Origin: an uncultured Verrucomicrobiae bacterium
Lineage (GTDB): Bacteria; Verrucomicrobiota; Verrucomicrobiia; Chthoniobacterales; Terrimicrobiaceae
Direction of reading: 5' to 3'
DNA: 64,000 bases
Assembly: GCA_963706955.1 (NCBI GenBank)
Contig: CAVPOC010000005.1
Location: 32,001-96,000, forward strand
This document shows, piece after piece, positions 1 to 15,000 of this stretch (positions are counted from its first letter, which is position 1; each line of letters opens with the position of its first letter). The position numbers and the translations under genes were made by a program. The notes beneath the pieces were generated by a model. That model ran no database searches. It saw only the letters and a list, made by a program, of their open reading frames with translations, and was not told the origin of the DNA.

Positions 1-86
1 GTGAGCGTGGTCTTGCCATGATCAACATGGCCGATCGTGCCAATGTTGACGTGCGGTTTAGTTCTCTGAAACTGTTCTTTTGCCAT
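1..86 (-). CDS. tuf: Elongation factor Tu, N-terminal fragment (runs off the window edge)
   Basis: Reverse complement translates [28 protein letters not shown], the EF-Tu N-terminus with its G1 box; lies just downstream of a tRNA-Thr, as in tufB-type operons. Confidence 0.97.
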   Translation of the reverse strand, partial: MAKEQFQRTKPHVNIGTIGHVDHGKTTL

Positions 87-128
87 CTTTAGAATTGCTT
101 TGAATTTGATAGGCGCCTGCCCTGCTGC

Positions 129-204
<76 letters not shown>

Positions 205-339
205 ATTGGCGGCCGAAGCCGAGTGAAAGAAACATGGCGCATATACGTTAACCCGCCTGTAAAAGGGTGTAAGACCCTACCCGTCTCACCGGTCGGCAGA
301 AACGGTTAGAGTCTTTTCCCTATAATAGAAGGGCGGCCA

Positions 340-367
340 AACCTAACAAAGCGCTTCTGGCTGTCAA
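340..367 (-). promoter_or_regulatory. Sigma70-type stable-RNA-like promoter for tRNA-Thr/tuf
   Basis: Minus strand TTGACA-N16-TAGGTT with an extended -10 TG, followed by a GC-rich discriminator (TGGCCGCCC). Confidence 0.6.
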
Positions 368-400
368 AACCAAAAATGAACTTTGGCGGCAGGCGGTAGC

Positions 401-940
401 CTAGGTGCGGCCCAGACCGGAGAGCCTGGATTGCACGAAGGCGCCGACAACGAAGAGCACGATCATGCTGATGAATCGCGCCGTAGGATCAAAGGGGAGC
501 ACGTCGCTGACCATGCTGGCTCCAATCAAGGCCGAGAGAATGATCAAGGCCCAATCGAACACCGCGGAAACGAGGATTGCCGCCAGCACCGCACCGACAG
601 CAAAGAAGACCCAGCCTACGGTCTCGGCGGTTATTCCCAGCACAACGGCTAGCCGCATAGCGAGCATTCCACCGGCGATCCCTCCGGCGAGCGCAACGGC
701 GACGCGTTGCAAGACGATGGCGAGCACGGCCGCCAGCAGCCCGACGCCAATCGCGATGGTCAAGATCAAGATCTCGGATTGGCCGGTTACCAACTGTGCT
801 CCGAAACGCATGCCTGCGAGGAAGCCGACGACACCAACGAAGAGCCAGAAGAGCTTTCTTCCCAACAGCACGAGCACGAGACCGACTAGAACTTGCGGAA
901 CCGGACTTAGCTGGAGCTGTTCGAGATTCATCGACATCAA
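401..940 (-). CDS. Multi-pass membrane protein, DUF4203/TMEM198-like
   Basis: 179-aa very hydrophobic ORF with the GRKLFWLFVGVVGFLAG motif. Confidence 0.7.
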   Translation of the reverse strand: MMSMNLEQLQLSPVPQVLVGLVLVLLGRKLFWLFVGVVGFLAGMRFGAQLVTGQSEILILTIAIGVGLLAAVLAIVLQRVAVALAGGIAGGMLAMRLAVVLGITAETVGWVFFAVGAVLAAILVSAVFDWALIILSALIGASMVSDVLPFDPTARFISMIVLFVVGAFVQSRLSGLGRT

Positions 941-1077
941 TCCGGAAAGGTCAGCATCGGCGGATTTGGCAGTTTTTGATAGGCAGTTTGCGGTGCTTCG
1001 TCCACAAAAGTCTTCTTCATTCCGGCTATCGGCTTTGCACTTGCTCGAGGTTGCCTTCTAGGCTAGCCCCTTGGCCC

Positions 1078-1623
1078 ATGAAACCTAAACTGCTGCAGGC
1101 GAGCGCAGCTATCGCTGTTGTGGCCATCTCCACTTCTGGTTGTGAAAACCTTACGCCAGGTGAGAACGCTGCGGTCTTTGGAACCGCGGCGGGGCTGGCG
1201 ACGGGAATTCCTCTGGTGGCCAGCGGCGTCAACCCGAATATTGCCATTCCGGTGACCGCAGGCGCCGTCGCCGTCGCCGCCGTCGGCGCCTATATTATCG
1301 CAAAGCATCAGGCCACTGAACGTCAGCGAAAAATTGCCGAACAACGCGCGCGCCTCTATATGGCCAGACAGGAAGCTGCCCGCAAGGCGGCTGCCTCGCA
1401 GCCGTCTGCGACCGCTAGAAAAAAGCCGTCCAAACCCCGATATATCGCCGTGAAGACGGTTAAGGAGGAGAACAGCAAAGGTAAAGACCAGGTGATGATT
1501 TTCGACACTCAGAGCAACGAGATCGTCGGAAATAATGTCTATGATCTCAAGGCGGCGCCCCAAGTCGGACAGACCAGCAAATTCGACACCTACACTGCCG
1601 AGTATGTCGGCACGGGATCTTAG
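1078..1623 (+). CDS. Putative lipoprotein with a glycine-zipper-like hydrophobic segment
   Basis: ATG at 1078 gives MKPKLLQASAAIAVVAISTSG-C (lipobox-like), then GTAAGLATG hydrophobic helices and a basic C-terminal domain. Confidence 0.7.
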   Translation: MKPKLLQASAAIAVVAISTSGCENLTPGENAAVFGTAAGLATGIPLVASGVNPNIAIPVTAGAVAVAAVGAYIIAKHQATERQRKIAEQRARLYMARQEAARKAAASQPSATARKKPSKPRYIAVKTVKEENSKGKDQVMIFDTQSNEIVGNNVYDLKAAPQVGQTSKFDTYTAEYVGTGS

Positions 1624-1751
1624 GCGATTAAGCGATAATGCGCCTGCTCCGCAGATTCGAAACTTTGTAGAAACGCTTGTGCCAAGCGCCTATAGATTTG
1701 GGCGAATCCCTCGTGCGGATTCCGCGGATCATTCCCTCCCGCAAGCCGACC

Positions 1752-2519
1752 TCATTCGATAAAGGAAAACAGGGAACGGACGGCGTGGTGATCGGAAGCG
1801 GACGTGGGAATGACCGAGCACGCCTCCAGCCGCAAACGCCGATTATAAAAGATATGGTCGATCACGAAGGGCATCCTGCGCCAGGTGATCTGAGAATATT
1901 GGGAGGGCTGAAAGCCCGCCCGCTTGAACTGCTCGACCAATGTCTCGCCGGGTGCGCAATTGAAGTCACCACCGAGCAGGGTCGGCCCTTGAGACCTTCT
2001 TAGCTCGACCTCGAGCCGATCACGCTGGGTATGATGGTCGTTGCTCGAGGCGTTGATCATGAAGAATGCTTGCAGATGCGTGTTAATAATCCGCAGAGGA
2101 TAGCCATCAATCTCTGTCTCCGCGCCAATCATCAGCCGATGCGAGGGTTTGCGCATCACTCCACCGAACTCAAAGGCAATCTCTGCAGGCGGGAGATCCT
2201 TGCGAACAAAATTCTTTAGCGGTGACTTGGAAAAGATCGCCAGGCCCAAGCCAAAGGGAATCTCCATTTTATTCGGGCGCGGATAGGCAAAACAGGAATC
2301 GTATCCCGTAAGTTCCGCCCTGAGTCGCTCATAGTGCGGAGGTGGTTCGATCTGCCCGCCGCCGTCATAGCCTCGTTCGACCTCCTGAAGAAAGATAACG
2401 TCGGCGTCTTGTTCACCAAGAAAGGCTATGGAACTGCCGAGACTGACCTCATCCTGGTCTGGATCTTCTTCGTTCCAGACCTGCCCGTTTTGCATGTTAA
2501 AGGTCAGCGCGCTAAACAT
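1752..2519 (-). CDS. Endonuclease/exonuclease/phosphatase family protein
   Basis: Motifs TFNM, DVIFLQE, NTHL, GGDFN, IDHIF, SDH. Confidence 0.9.
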   Translation of the reverse strand: MFSALTFNMQNGQVWNEEDPDQDEVSLGSSIAFLGEQDADVIFLQEVERGYDGGGQIEPPPHYERLRAELTGYDSCFAYPRPNKMEIPFGLGLAIFSKSPLKNFVRKDLPPAEIAFEFGGVMRKPSHRLMIGAETEIDGYPLRIINTHLQAFFMINASSNDHHTQRDRLEVELRRSQGPTLLGGDFNCAPGETLVEQFKRAGFQPSQYSQITWRRMPFVIDHIFYNRRLRLEACSVIPTSASDHHAVRSLFSFIE

Positions 2520-2839
2520 CGTCTCTTGCCCGCCTTGTCAATGCTTGCTGGCGAATGATGTGTTCCCCCACACCGAGGACAAGGCGGAGATACCATGCAC
2601 AAACTCTGGACGATTCGTCACGGCGAAAGCGCTTAGCAAGGAAAATCGCCAAGTCGTCGATCCCTAACTGCGGAGATCGCGCTCGCAAGCCGCAAAATTA
2701 CCTGGCTGGGGCAACGGCGCGTCTGCTTTGTAACGTCGGGAAGACCTGCTGGCGCGCGGATTCGATTAGGCCAGCCAAAGGAAGCTTCGCTCTAAGCCAA
2801 CGCCTCACTTCTAAAGGAGAGCCCCTGGCTTCTCCAGAT

Positions 2840-5386
2840 TCACTCCTCCTCCCCGGCTTCGCTGACGACTGGAGCAATGTCTTGAAGCTTTTCTCCTTCA
2901 CGTAAGTCTATGAGCTTGACGCCTTGGGCGTTGCGCCCGGTTTCGCGTATCTCCGCAACGCGAGTCCGGACCATTTTACCCTTGTTGGTGATCAGCATGA
3001 TCTCATCGGCGTCGCGGACGGTGAGCGCTCCGGCGACTCCACCGGTCTTCTCATTTGTCTTCATCGTGATGATCCCCTTCCCGCCACGGCTCTGCACCCG
3101 GTACTCCTCGAAACTCGTCCGCTTCCCAAGGCCGTTTTCTCCGGCGACGAGAAGTTGGGCGTCCTTATTCACGACCGCGGCAGCGACAACATAGTCGCCT
3201 TTTTCCGGACGAATTCCCCACACGCCAACGGTATCGCGTCCTTGATCGCGCATTTCTTCCTCATGAAAGCGAATGCTCATTCCGTCGTGGGTGATCAGCA
3301 CGATTTCATCTTGCCCATTCGTCAACCGGCATTCGATGAGGCGATCGTCATCCTCAATCTTGATGGCGATGATTCCTCCTTTGCGAATGTTCTTAAAATC
3401 ACTAAGATTGGATTTCTTAACGATGCCGCTGCGCGTCGAAAAGGCCACGTGCAACTTTTGACTCCAAGTTTCCTCGTCGCTCTTTTGTGCTTGGACGCGG
3501 ATGGTTGCGGCGATCTTTTCTTCATTGCGCAGTTCGAGGAGGTTGGCGATTGAACGGCCTTTGCTGGCGCGTGAACCCTCGGGAATCTCGAAGACTCGCT
3601 CGACGTAACAGCGACCGCTCTGGGTAAAGAACATCAGGTAATCGTGGGTCGTGGCAGTGAAGAGATGCTCCACGAAATCACTGTCTTCGATGGTCTCCCC
3701 TTCCCGCGCGGTCATCCCGATCACTCCCTTTCCCCCGCGCTTCTGTGCCCGATACGCACTAACCAGGGTGCGCTTGATGAAACCATTGTGCGTTAGGGTG
3801 ACGATGACGCCCTCGTTGGCGATGAGATCCTCAATGGCCATCTCGCCTTCCGCGCTCACGATCTGTGTGCGCCGCCCGGCTCCATGCTTGCTTTGGATCG
3901 CCCGTAGCTCCGTCTTGATGATCTTCAAGACGCGTGCCTCTTTGGCGATAATGTCGGAAAGATCTTTGATCGTTTCGAGCAGGGTATCGTATTCCTTTTT
4001 GATACTCTCGCGCTCGAGGCCGGTGAGTTGATAGAGGCGCAAGTCGAGAATGTGGCCGACCTGCTTTTCGGTGAATCGATACCTCCCTTCGACAATCCGA
4101 GCCTCATCGCGCACAAGGATGCCAATCTGCTCGACGGCTTTGCGAGTCCACGAGAGCGCCAGCAACTTAGCTTTGGCATCGTCACGGTCCCGTGAATCGC
4201 GAATGATCTTTATGAACTCATCGAGGTTCGCCAGAGCGATGAGGTAGCCTTCAAGTTTTTCAGCCTCGACTTCAGCCTGCCGGAGAAGAAAGCGTGTCCG
4301 GCGCAGGACAACCTCGCGCCGGTGCTCAATGTAGCAAGACATCGCGTCCTTGAGCGAGAGAAGCTTGGGCTTGCCTCCGTCGATCGCCAGCATGTTGACG
4401 CTGAAGGAAGATTCGAGGGCGGTGTGCTTGTAGAGATTGTTGATGAGGACCTTTGGGTTACCGTCTCGCTTCAGTTCAATGACCACGCGGGTATTCTCAT
4501 CCGATTCATCGCGAACATCACTGACGCTCTGGAGGACTTTTTCGTTGACCAGCTCGGCAATCCGCTTGACGAGCTCTGCGCGGTTCACTCCAAAAGGAAT
4601 TTCCGTGACGATAATATTCTCGCGACCGCCTTTAACTTCCTCGGTCGCCAGGCGAGCACGCACACGCACCGATCCGCGGCCTGTCTCGAAGTAAGATCTT
4701 ATGCCCGCCATGCCCTGAATAAGGCAACCCGTCGGAAAGTCCGGTCCTTTGATGTGTTGCATCAAGCCTTCGATAACGATGTCGGGATCGTCGATCAGCG
4801 CGCAAAGACCGTCGATTACTTCGCTTAGATTGTGCGGCGGGATGTTCGTGGCCATGCCGACGGCAATGCCGGTGCCACCATTGATCAAGAGGTTGGGAAA
4901 CGAGGCGGGGAAGACGACGGGCTCGGTCAGCCGCTCATCGTAGTTGGGCACAAAATCCACCGTATCCTTTTCGAGATCGTCAAGGAGTGTGCCACCTACC
5001 GGGGTAAACCGCGCCTCGGTGTACCGCATGGCCGCCGGCGGATCGCCTTCGACAGATCCGAAGTTGCCTTGAGGATCCACCAGCGTCTCGCGCATCGCCC
5101 AATTCTGCGCCATGTGCACCAACGTCGGATAAATGACCGCTTCGCCGTGCGGGTGATAATTGCCCGAGGTATCGCCGCAAATCTTTGCACATTTCATATG
5201 CTTGCGCGGCGGATAGAGACTCAGCTCGTGCATGGCATAGAGAATGCGGCGCTGCGAAGGCTTGAGCCCATCGCGGGCGTCCGGCAAAGCTCGTGAAATA
5301 ATAACCGACATCGAATAGTCGAGGAACGACTTCGACATCTCCTCGGCGACATCGACTTTCTCGACGCGTTCGTTGTGCGTATACAT
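2840..5386 (-). CDS. gyrA: DNA gyrase subunit A
   Basis: [16 protein letters not shown], catalytic AAMRYTE, GyrA-box QKRGGKG, C-terminal beta-pinwheel repeats. Confidence 0.97.
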   Translation of the reverse strand: MYTHNERVEKVDVAEEMSKSFLDYSMSVIISRALPDARDGLKPSQRRILYAMHELSLYPPRKHMKCAKICGDTSGNYHPHGEAVIYPTLVHMAQNWAMRETLVDPQGNFGSVEGDPPAAMRYTEARFTPVGGTLLDDLEKDTVDFVPNYDERLTEPVVFPASFPNLLINGGTGIAVGMATNIPPHNLSEVIDGLCALIDDPDIVIEGLMQHIKGPDFPTGCLIQGMAGIRSYFETGRGSVRVRARLATEEVKGGRENIIVTEIPFGVNRAELVKRIAELVNEKVLQSVSDVRDESDENTRVVIELKRDGNPKVLINNLYKHTALESSFSVNMLAIDGGKPKLLSLKDAMSCYIEHRREVVLRRTRFLLRQAEVEAEKLEGYLIALANLDEFIKIIRDSRDRDDAKAKLLALSWTRKAVEQIGILVRDEARIVEGRYRFTEKQVGHILDLRLYQLTGLERESIKKEYDTLLETIKDLSDIIAKEARVLKIIKTELRAIQSKHGAGRRTQIVSAEGEMAIEDLIANEGVIVTLTHNGFIKRTLVSAYRAQKRGGKGVIGMTAREGETIEDSDFVEHLFTATTHDYLMFFTQSGRCYVERVFEIPEGSRASKGRSIANLLELRNEEKIAATIRVQAQKSDEETWSQKLHVAFSTRSGIVKKSNLSDFKNIRKGGIIAIKIEDDDRLIECRLTNGQDEIVLITHDGMSIRFHEEEMRDQGRDTVGVWGIRPEKGDYVVAAAVVNKDAQLLVAGENGLGKRTSFEEYRVQSRGGKGIITMKTNEKTGGVAGALTVRDADEIMLITNKGKMVRTRVAEIRETGRNAQGVKLIDLREGEKLQDIAPVVSEAGEEE

Positions 5387-5483
5387 GCGAGGTCAACTAG
5401 TGGGGCGATGCGACCTTTGCCTGCGAAGCAACGATCGCCAGAAAACCGATCATGCCGCTTCGAGGCTCCTGTGCGGATTAGCC

Positions 5484-8065
<2,582 letters not shown>

Positions 8066-8211
8066 CAAAATCTCTACAAAATTTGCAAATATCTATAAAC
8101 CCCAGAAGATACGAATGCTCGGCCTGATACACAATGTTTTTTTACCCTAGAAAGCGGTCCAATATGCAGCATTTAGTGGGGCCGGCCTCTCGCTCCCACA
8201 AGATATTGGGG

Positions 8212-9775
8212 GTGATAGGCAAAAAATCGCTCCGTTAGCCGGAATTGTCGTTTGCCTGGGGATCTTTGGCTTTCTTCAAGCTCACAAAGCTCGGTTTATC
8301 TTCCTGCCGGACGGGGTGCACTTCGTCGATGCGGACTGCTATTCACGGATGACGCGGGCGCGAATCATTTCGGCGCAACCAGGCACCTTGATCACTCGGC
8401 ACGCGTTCGAGAACTATCCTTATGGAGTTCGTCCGCATACGACCGCACCGATGGATTACTTGATCGTTGGATTCGGTCGGCTTCTCGGCGCCGGAGTAGA
8501 TCTAGATATCGCGGGTGCGTGGATTTCACCTTTTTGGGCGGCTTCCTCATCATACTGGCAGGGCTTTGGGCTGAGGCAAGACCATCCCCTATCGATGGAG
8601 CATGATGGTGCTTCTCTCTACTTCGCCAGTGATCCTTCACGGCTTCGCGGTGGGCAGGCCCGACCACCAGTCGCTAATCTTGCTCTTAGATCGCTAGCGG
8701 GCTAATGGCTGAAGCGGTTCTGTGGACGAGCCGGTCGTCGGCGACTTCATTATGGTGGGGACTTTCCTGGGGTGGCGCGCTTTGGGTATCGTGGTTTGAA
8801 CCGCTTCTGATTCTGGCACTTGTGCTAAGTGTCCGCGTGGTGGTGTGGCGCAGTCAATGCCCTGGCGAAAACCTGGATCCCCTCCCTGGCGATGCGCAGC
8901 AATCGATTGCCTTGTTAGCGATTCTGCTTGAGGGGCTTCCTAGCGATGGTCTTGAGCGAAATCCGATGTCCTCGTTCCTGCAGTGGGCTGGCAGAATCGG
9001 CGAATTGCAATCATTCAATCCAGTCTCCGCCTCGATCGCCTGGATCGGGTGGCTATCTCTGCTTTTGCCATTCGGATTGGCATGGATGGCATATACAGCG
9101 AAATGAAACGATCTGCTGGCTGTGGCTGGTGCTTTTGCTCTCCATGGGTGCACTGACCGGCTGGCATGCGAGATGGGGCTATTTTCTTGCCGTGAGCGGG
9201 GCACTTGCGATGCCGTTTGCGCTGGCGATAGTTCGCCAGCACTGGCTTGGCTACGCGCTTTTCATCGCAAGTCTCTGGCCGGTCGCTCTGACGCTTGACA
9301 ATGAGCTATTTCCGCATGGAAAAACCGCGCGTTACCGTAATTGGATAACCTCCACGAAACCCAGCAACTTCGTCGTGCGGCCGAGGACATCAAGAGTCGT
9401 GACGGTGACGGAATTCTCGCTCCGTGGTGGCTGACACCTCAATTGGTTTATTGGTCCGGAAAAAAATGGTGTTGCGGGCAGTTCACACGAAAGTCTGGCA
9501 GGCACTCTGGATACTGCTCGCTTCTTCACTTCACAGGATGAAGAGGAAGCCAGGTCCATTCTCCGAATGAGCGGAGGCTGGATTTCGTCGTGGTCTGCGA
9601 CGCGGACCGACTGCTTGACAATTCCTACACCGTGCTCGGCCAAACAAGTGAACCGAATCAATCAACTCGCGGTCACCCTGTTTCGAACCCCCTCCCGATC
9701 TCCAAACTACCTGCATCTAATGTCGCAAAATCCATACTTCAAGATCTACAGGTCGATAAAGAGTTGCTCAAGTAA
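8212..9775 (+). CDS. STT3/AglB-like (GT-C) membrane glycosyltransferase, fragmented by several frameshifts; ends approximate
   Basis: Fragments give FVDADCYSRMTR...HAFENYPYG, RPDHQSL, multiple TM helices and a late GILAPWWLTPQLVYWSG segment at the position of the WWDxG motif. Confidence 0.55.
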
Positions 9776-9969
9776 CCTTTCGTCGGATAACTCGTGCACA
9801 TTATGGCCCTATTTGTTGCGCGTAACAATCTCTACAAGACCTTCTGAATCTTGGGGATAATGACTTGCTTTGATTCAAAAAGATCGGGTGATTGCCGCAG
9901 TGGGATAGTCTTCGCACTTTTCTCGGGCGAATTGCGTTTTTCTGCTCCAGATGGTCTGATTGACTTGAA

Positions 9970-12900
9970 TTGAAAACAGCGTCCACAGGAGCTCCGGCAA
10001 TCCGCATTTTTCTCTCGTCGCCGGGCGACGTTGCGCATGAGCGACGAATAGCTCGTGAGGTAATTAGCCGATTAAACGCCGAGCTTGCCGAGCGTGTTTT
10101 TCTTGAGACCTACTTCTGGGAATACGAACCTTTCGACTTTTCAAAATCTTTCCAAGCTCAGATACCGAATCCGGCCGATTTCGACGTGGTCCTCTGTTTT
10201 TTATGGTCACGACTTGGCTCGCGATTGCACTCCGCCAGCAAGCTTCCCGATGGCTCCCCCGCCCAATCCGGGACGGAATATGAAATTGCCCATGCCTTGG
10301 AGGGCCAGAAACGGCGAGCCGGGGTGCCGGAACTTCATGTCTGGATCAATCGAACAATTCCACCGTTTCCTCCTGATCCCTCCGGAGGTTCACGACGAAC
10401 GCATCGCTCAGTGGCGCGCCCTCAAACAATTTATTGATCGGTGGACGCGTGATACGAGCGAGGATGTTTTTGTCGGGTCTTTCACCGACTATAAGACTCT
10501 CGCTGAGTTCGAGGAACTGATCGAGATCAAGCTGCGCAAGATCGTTGAGCGTCGATGCCCCCAGCTTCCGGAGCGTCCGACGGGCGAGATTCCGGTGCGA
10601 GCGACTTGGACCGCAGGCTCGCCGTTTCGTGGGTTGGAACCGTTCGAGTTCGAGCACGCTCCGATCTTCTTCGGCCGCACTGGTGCCATCGGGGCGGCGT
10701 TGGAGAGCCTGAGAAAAACGCAGATCGATAAGGATGATCCGCGAGGGTTCCTCCTGATGCTGGGTGCCTCCGGATCGGGGAAGTCATCTCTGGCGCGGGC
10801 CGGTGTGATGCCCACGCTGGTGGAACCAGGCGTCATCGATGGAATCGGCCTATGGAGGCGGGCGGTAATGAAGCCTTCGGATGCTGAGGGCAACGTGTTC
10901 TTGGGGCTGGCCCAAGCCGTGCTCAGTGAAAGTGGTTTACCCGAGCTGGTGGTCCATGGATCGACAGCGGAGACACTGGCACAACGATTTCAGCAAGGCG
11001 GAGCGGAAGCCATGCTCGAGAAAGATTCAGAGCGGACTCCTCATTGCCAGTGAACGGGAACGGGCCAGACAGGAGGTCGAGATCAGCGAGCTAATTCATA
11101 AATATCGCGCTGAAAATCGCAACGCTGACGCGCAGGCTTTAGAAGCGTCGCCTCCGAACTCTGGCTCCACCTAAGCCATGTTTGGCACTGCTAATTGATC
11201 AGCTTGATGAGCTTTTTACCGGTGATGTCTCTCCGGAAAACCGCGAAAGCCTTTGTCGAGATGATGGCCCGCCTGGCTCGTTCGGGGTTTGCCGTGATTC
11301 TGACCACATTGCGCAGCGATTTCTATCACCGGGTTGCGGAATACCCGGTCCTCCTCGAACTCGCTCAGGGCACTGCTTCCTACCATCTGGCGCCACCCAC
11401 GCTTGTGGAAATCGGCCAGATCATCCGCAAACCTGCGCAAGTGGCTGGCCTGCGCTTTGACGTCGAGCCACAAAATCGCCAGTCTCTTGACGAAGCTCTT
11501 CGCGATGCCGCCGCGCAGGATCCCCAGGTTCTGCCTTTGCTGGAGTTTGCACTCGAGGAGCTTTACGTGCGCCAGGCGCAACGTGGGGACGGGATCCTGC
11601 GGTGGGAAGACTACGAGTCGTTCAACCGCTTGGAGGGCGTAATTGCCCATAAGGCAGACGAATGCCTCGCTGTCCTCCCTCAAGATCGTCAAGCACCGTG
11701 TCTGAATGCGGTTTTCGGTAAGCTCCTTTCACTTTCTGCCGGCGCGAACGTGCCCGTGCGTCGAACAGCGCTCTACGATGATCTCCTCGTGAACCCGTAT
11801 CGAAAATCCGAAACGGATTCGTCAGAGTTGCCCGGAGCCCGGACGTTTGTTGATTCCTTCATCGATGCCCGTCTTCTCGTGGGGACCCAGGGAGAAAATG
11901 GCAAGCGCGCGGTGAGCGTCGCTCATGAAGCTTTGTTGCGCTCCTGGCCGCGCTTGAAATCTTGGATTGCCTCGAATCGTGAAAAGCTGCGAATCCGCAA
12001 CCAAATTGACCGTTCGCAGGCCGATTGGCTTGCCAACGGAAAACACCCCTCGCTGCTTTTGACCGCGGGACTTCCCCTCAACCTCGCCGAAAATCTGCAG
12101 AAAGAGGCCCCTGAGCTCCTTTCGCGCGATCTCGACGAATACATATCTGCTTCCCTCAGTCACGATCGCACCCGGCGACAACGAAAGCGCTACACAATTG
12201 GTGCGGTCATTGCGGGCCTCTCTGTGCTCGGCATCATCGCCACGGTGGCGGGCGTTCACGGCGGCAAGAAACGCCAGGCAAGCAATCGTGGAGCGGGACC
12301 GTGCTGAGAATCTCGTCTCCTTCATGGTTTATGACCTTCAGAAGAAGCTCGAACCCATCGGCCGGCTGGAGCTCTTGAAGGATATCCATCAAAGGGCGTT
12401 CGAATATTTCGAAGGCGTTGGGGAAACGGCAGACACGAGGAGTCTCGACAGGAAGACCGACGCTCTGATCAATCGCGGCGTTCAGTTGTTCGCTGCCGGT
12501 CAATTGCCCGAAGCTCGGCAAAGCTTTGAACAGGCCGTGGATCTATCCACGAAGTTAGCTGCCGAAAATCCTCCCAAACGGAATGGCAGCATAATTTGGG
12601 GACCGGCTACCAGCAGATTGGCAATGTCTCAGCTGCGGAAGGTAATCTAACAAGAGCGTTGGAGGCGTATGAGGATTCAAGAAAGCTTCTCGAGAAGCTG
12701 ATCGCACAGGACCCAAGCAACTCTCTTTGGCAACGAGACTTATCCGGAGCGCTGGAGAAGATCGGCGACGTTCAATCCAGGCAGGGAAAACTGGGCGAAG
12801 CTTTGCAAACTCATCAGAGAGCCCGGGCCATCCGGCAGGCCTTTAGTGACAAGGATCCCAGCGAGAATCAATGGCGCCGCGACCTTGCGATCAGCGATGC

Positions 12901-13973
12901 CAAGCTGGGGGTAGTTCTCATGAGGCAGGGCAAACTCGACGAAGCATATCAGGCTTTTAAGAACTCACACGAACTTATTGTTTCATTGACCAAGCTCGAT
13001 CCGAATAATCTGAGCTGGCAGAGTGATTTGTCGACAACGTTCCTCCGAATTGGAGATGTGCTTACTCGCCAAGGGAAGCTCTCCGAGGCCTTTGAGGCAT
13101 ACCAACGTTGTTATGCCATCCGTAAATCGCTCGTCGAGCGCGATTCCGCCAATTCGATTTGGCAGAACGATCTCTCCGCAAGTCTTAGTAAACTGGGAGA
13201 CGCACTCGAAGCTCAAGGCAAGCATGAAGAGGCCGTCAAGATTTACTACGATTCCCTCGAGATCAGGAACCTTCTGGCGTACCAAAATCCATCGAATGCG
13301 ATTCTGCAGAGCGGCATCGCGATTAATCTCGAGAAGGTCGGCGATGTTCTGATGGCAGAAAACAAAACCCCACAGGCGCTCGGTATATACCAGCAGACTT
13401 TGGCCATTCGCAGAACACTGGCGGATAAAGATCCTTCGAACGCGGGTTGGAAGCGCGGCCTCTGCTCGAGTCTGGAGAAGATGGGTGATGCTCTGACGAA
13501 ACTCGGAAGTATCGACGAAGCGCAGGAAGTCTACGGCGAAGCGTTGCGAGATTCGAAAGACGCTCGCCGAGCAGGATACCTCTAATTTGGGCGCAAGACA
13601 TGAGCTCTCGAGTGTGCTGGAGAAACTTGGAAACGTGTCTTTGTCTCAAAATAAAGTTCAGGACGCGGTCCGCTCATACACGGAATCGCTCAAGGTCCGT
13701 GAAGAGTTGGTTAATCGCGAGCCTGGCAACGCTGAGTGGCAGAAAGGTCTCGCGCAAGTCCTCGCGCAACTCGGCGCAGCCGCGCAAAAACAAGGGCAGA
13801 TCGATCTTGCGAAACAGCACTATCAGAGAAGCCTCGACATTCGCCAGGCTCTCACCAATTCCGACGGAAAGAAGAGCGGGTCGAATGAAGAAATTATCAA
13901 GCTTCAGGGGCAGCTTGATGCTCTCACTACTCCGGCGATTGCGCCGCCCCAAGACTCCGTCGCGAGTCCGTGA
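9970..13973 (+). CDS. DUF4062-like N-terminal domain + STAND (nSTAND1-type) NTPase + TM helix + TPR repeats, fragmented by several frameshifts
   Basis: IRIFLSSPGDVAHER; SPFRGLEPF..FFGR; Walker A GASGSGKSS; Walker B LLIDQLDE; TTLRSDF; LPLLEFAL; AHEALLRSWPRL; TM IGAVIAGLSVLGIIATVAG; repeated DPSNxxWQxDLS..KIGD TPR units. Confidence 0.8.
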
Positions 13974-14009
13974 AGAGGCTGACTGCACGAGTTCACCGCT
14001 CGCGGCAGA

Positions 14010-14975
14010 TTACCGGCTGGCATTCGGCTTCCTTTTCCCCTGCGACGGATTAGCTTTCAAGCGTTCGGCTTCTTTCGCTTTTTTTTGTTCCGAGCGGATG
14101 AGGAGTCTGCCCATAAAAGTATCTCCGACGCGAGACGTGAGCGCGTCAGCGGAGTTCAAAAGTTCATTTGCCTTGCGCCGGAGTGCACGTCGCTCCGAAG
14201 GCGTCTCTCCGAAAACGTCGCGAAGATCATTGTGAACCTCGTCAAACCGCTTGTCCGAAGATCGAAAAAAGTTCCCCGTCTGATCGACCAGTAGGCGCGA
14301 CTTGGCAATCAACGAATCATCGTCCGACCGATCCAGTTCATTGCCGAGTCTCTCTGCGACCACCCGCCACGTTTCGAGAAGACGATCGAGCTTGGTGTCC
14401 GGTCCAGCCGAAAGGTCCTCGGCTGGCGCATTGAGTTGGTCGAAAGTTCTCTGAATTGACCGCGAGAGGTCTCTCACCGCCTCGGTCGCATCGTCGACCG
14501 ATTGCTTGGCGGGCGCGATGCGAAACTCGTGTCCAATCAGATTATAGCCGCCCACCGGATCGAAGATGAGTTCGATACCGGAAGCAAGGAACCCACCGGT
14601 CAAGGCGCTGGTTTGCAGTCTGGCTTCGTTGCTGAAGCGCCAATCCTTGCCGCCATAATCTTTTTGAATTCGCGCGACGAGTCGGATTTCGATGGTTCCG
14701 TCTGACTTCAATTGCGGTTTACCCACCCGCTCGATGACGCCGATTCTGACGCCACGGCACACGACTGGGCTCTTGTCTCTGCGGATGCCCGTCACGTCTT
14801 CAGCGATGAAGACAGTTTCGATCGAGTCTTCATCCAACGGAACCATGAAATCCACCGCGGTTTGCTTAACAACTTCCAATTTGCGCACCCAGAGCACATA
14901 GGCCACCAAGGCCAGGAGGAAAGCTCCAATCAACAGGTTGATCAGAATGCTTTTCTGGACCGAGCTCAAGCGCAT
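14010..14975 (-). CDS. MlaD/MCE-family protein
   Basis: N-terminal TM, MCE-like SPVVCRGVRIGVIERV, helical C-terminus; in an operon with MlaE/MlaF-like genes. Confidence 0.75.
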   Translation of the reverse strand: MRLSSVQKSILINLLIGAFLLALVAYVLWVRKLEVVKQTAVDFMVPLDEDSIETVFIAEDVTGIRRDKSPVVCRGVRIGVIERVGKPQLKSDGTIEIRLVARIQKDYGGKDWRFSNEARLQTSALTGGFLASGIELIFDPVGGYNLIGHEFRIAPAKQSVDDATEAVRDLSRSIQRTFDQLNAPAEDLSAGPDTKLDRLLETWRVVAERLGNELDRSDDDSLIAKSRLLVDQTGNFFRSSDKRFDEVHNDLRDVFGETPSERRALRRKANELLNSADALTSRVGDTFMGRLLIRSEQKKAKEAERLKANPSQGKRKPNASR

Positions 14976-15000
14976 CTTCTAAGCCTTGGATGAGATTTCT

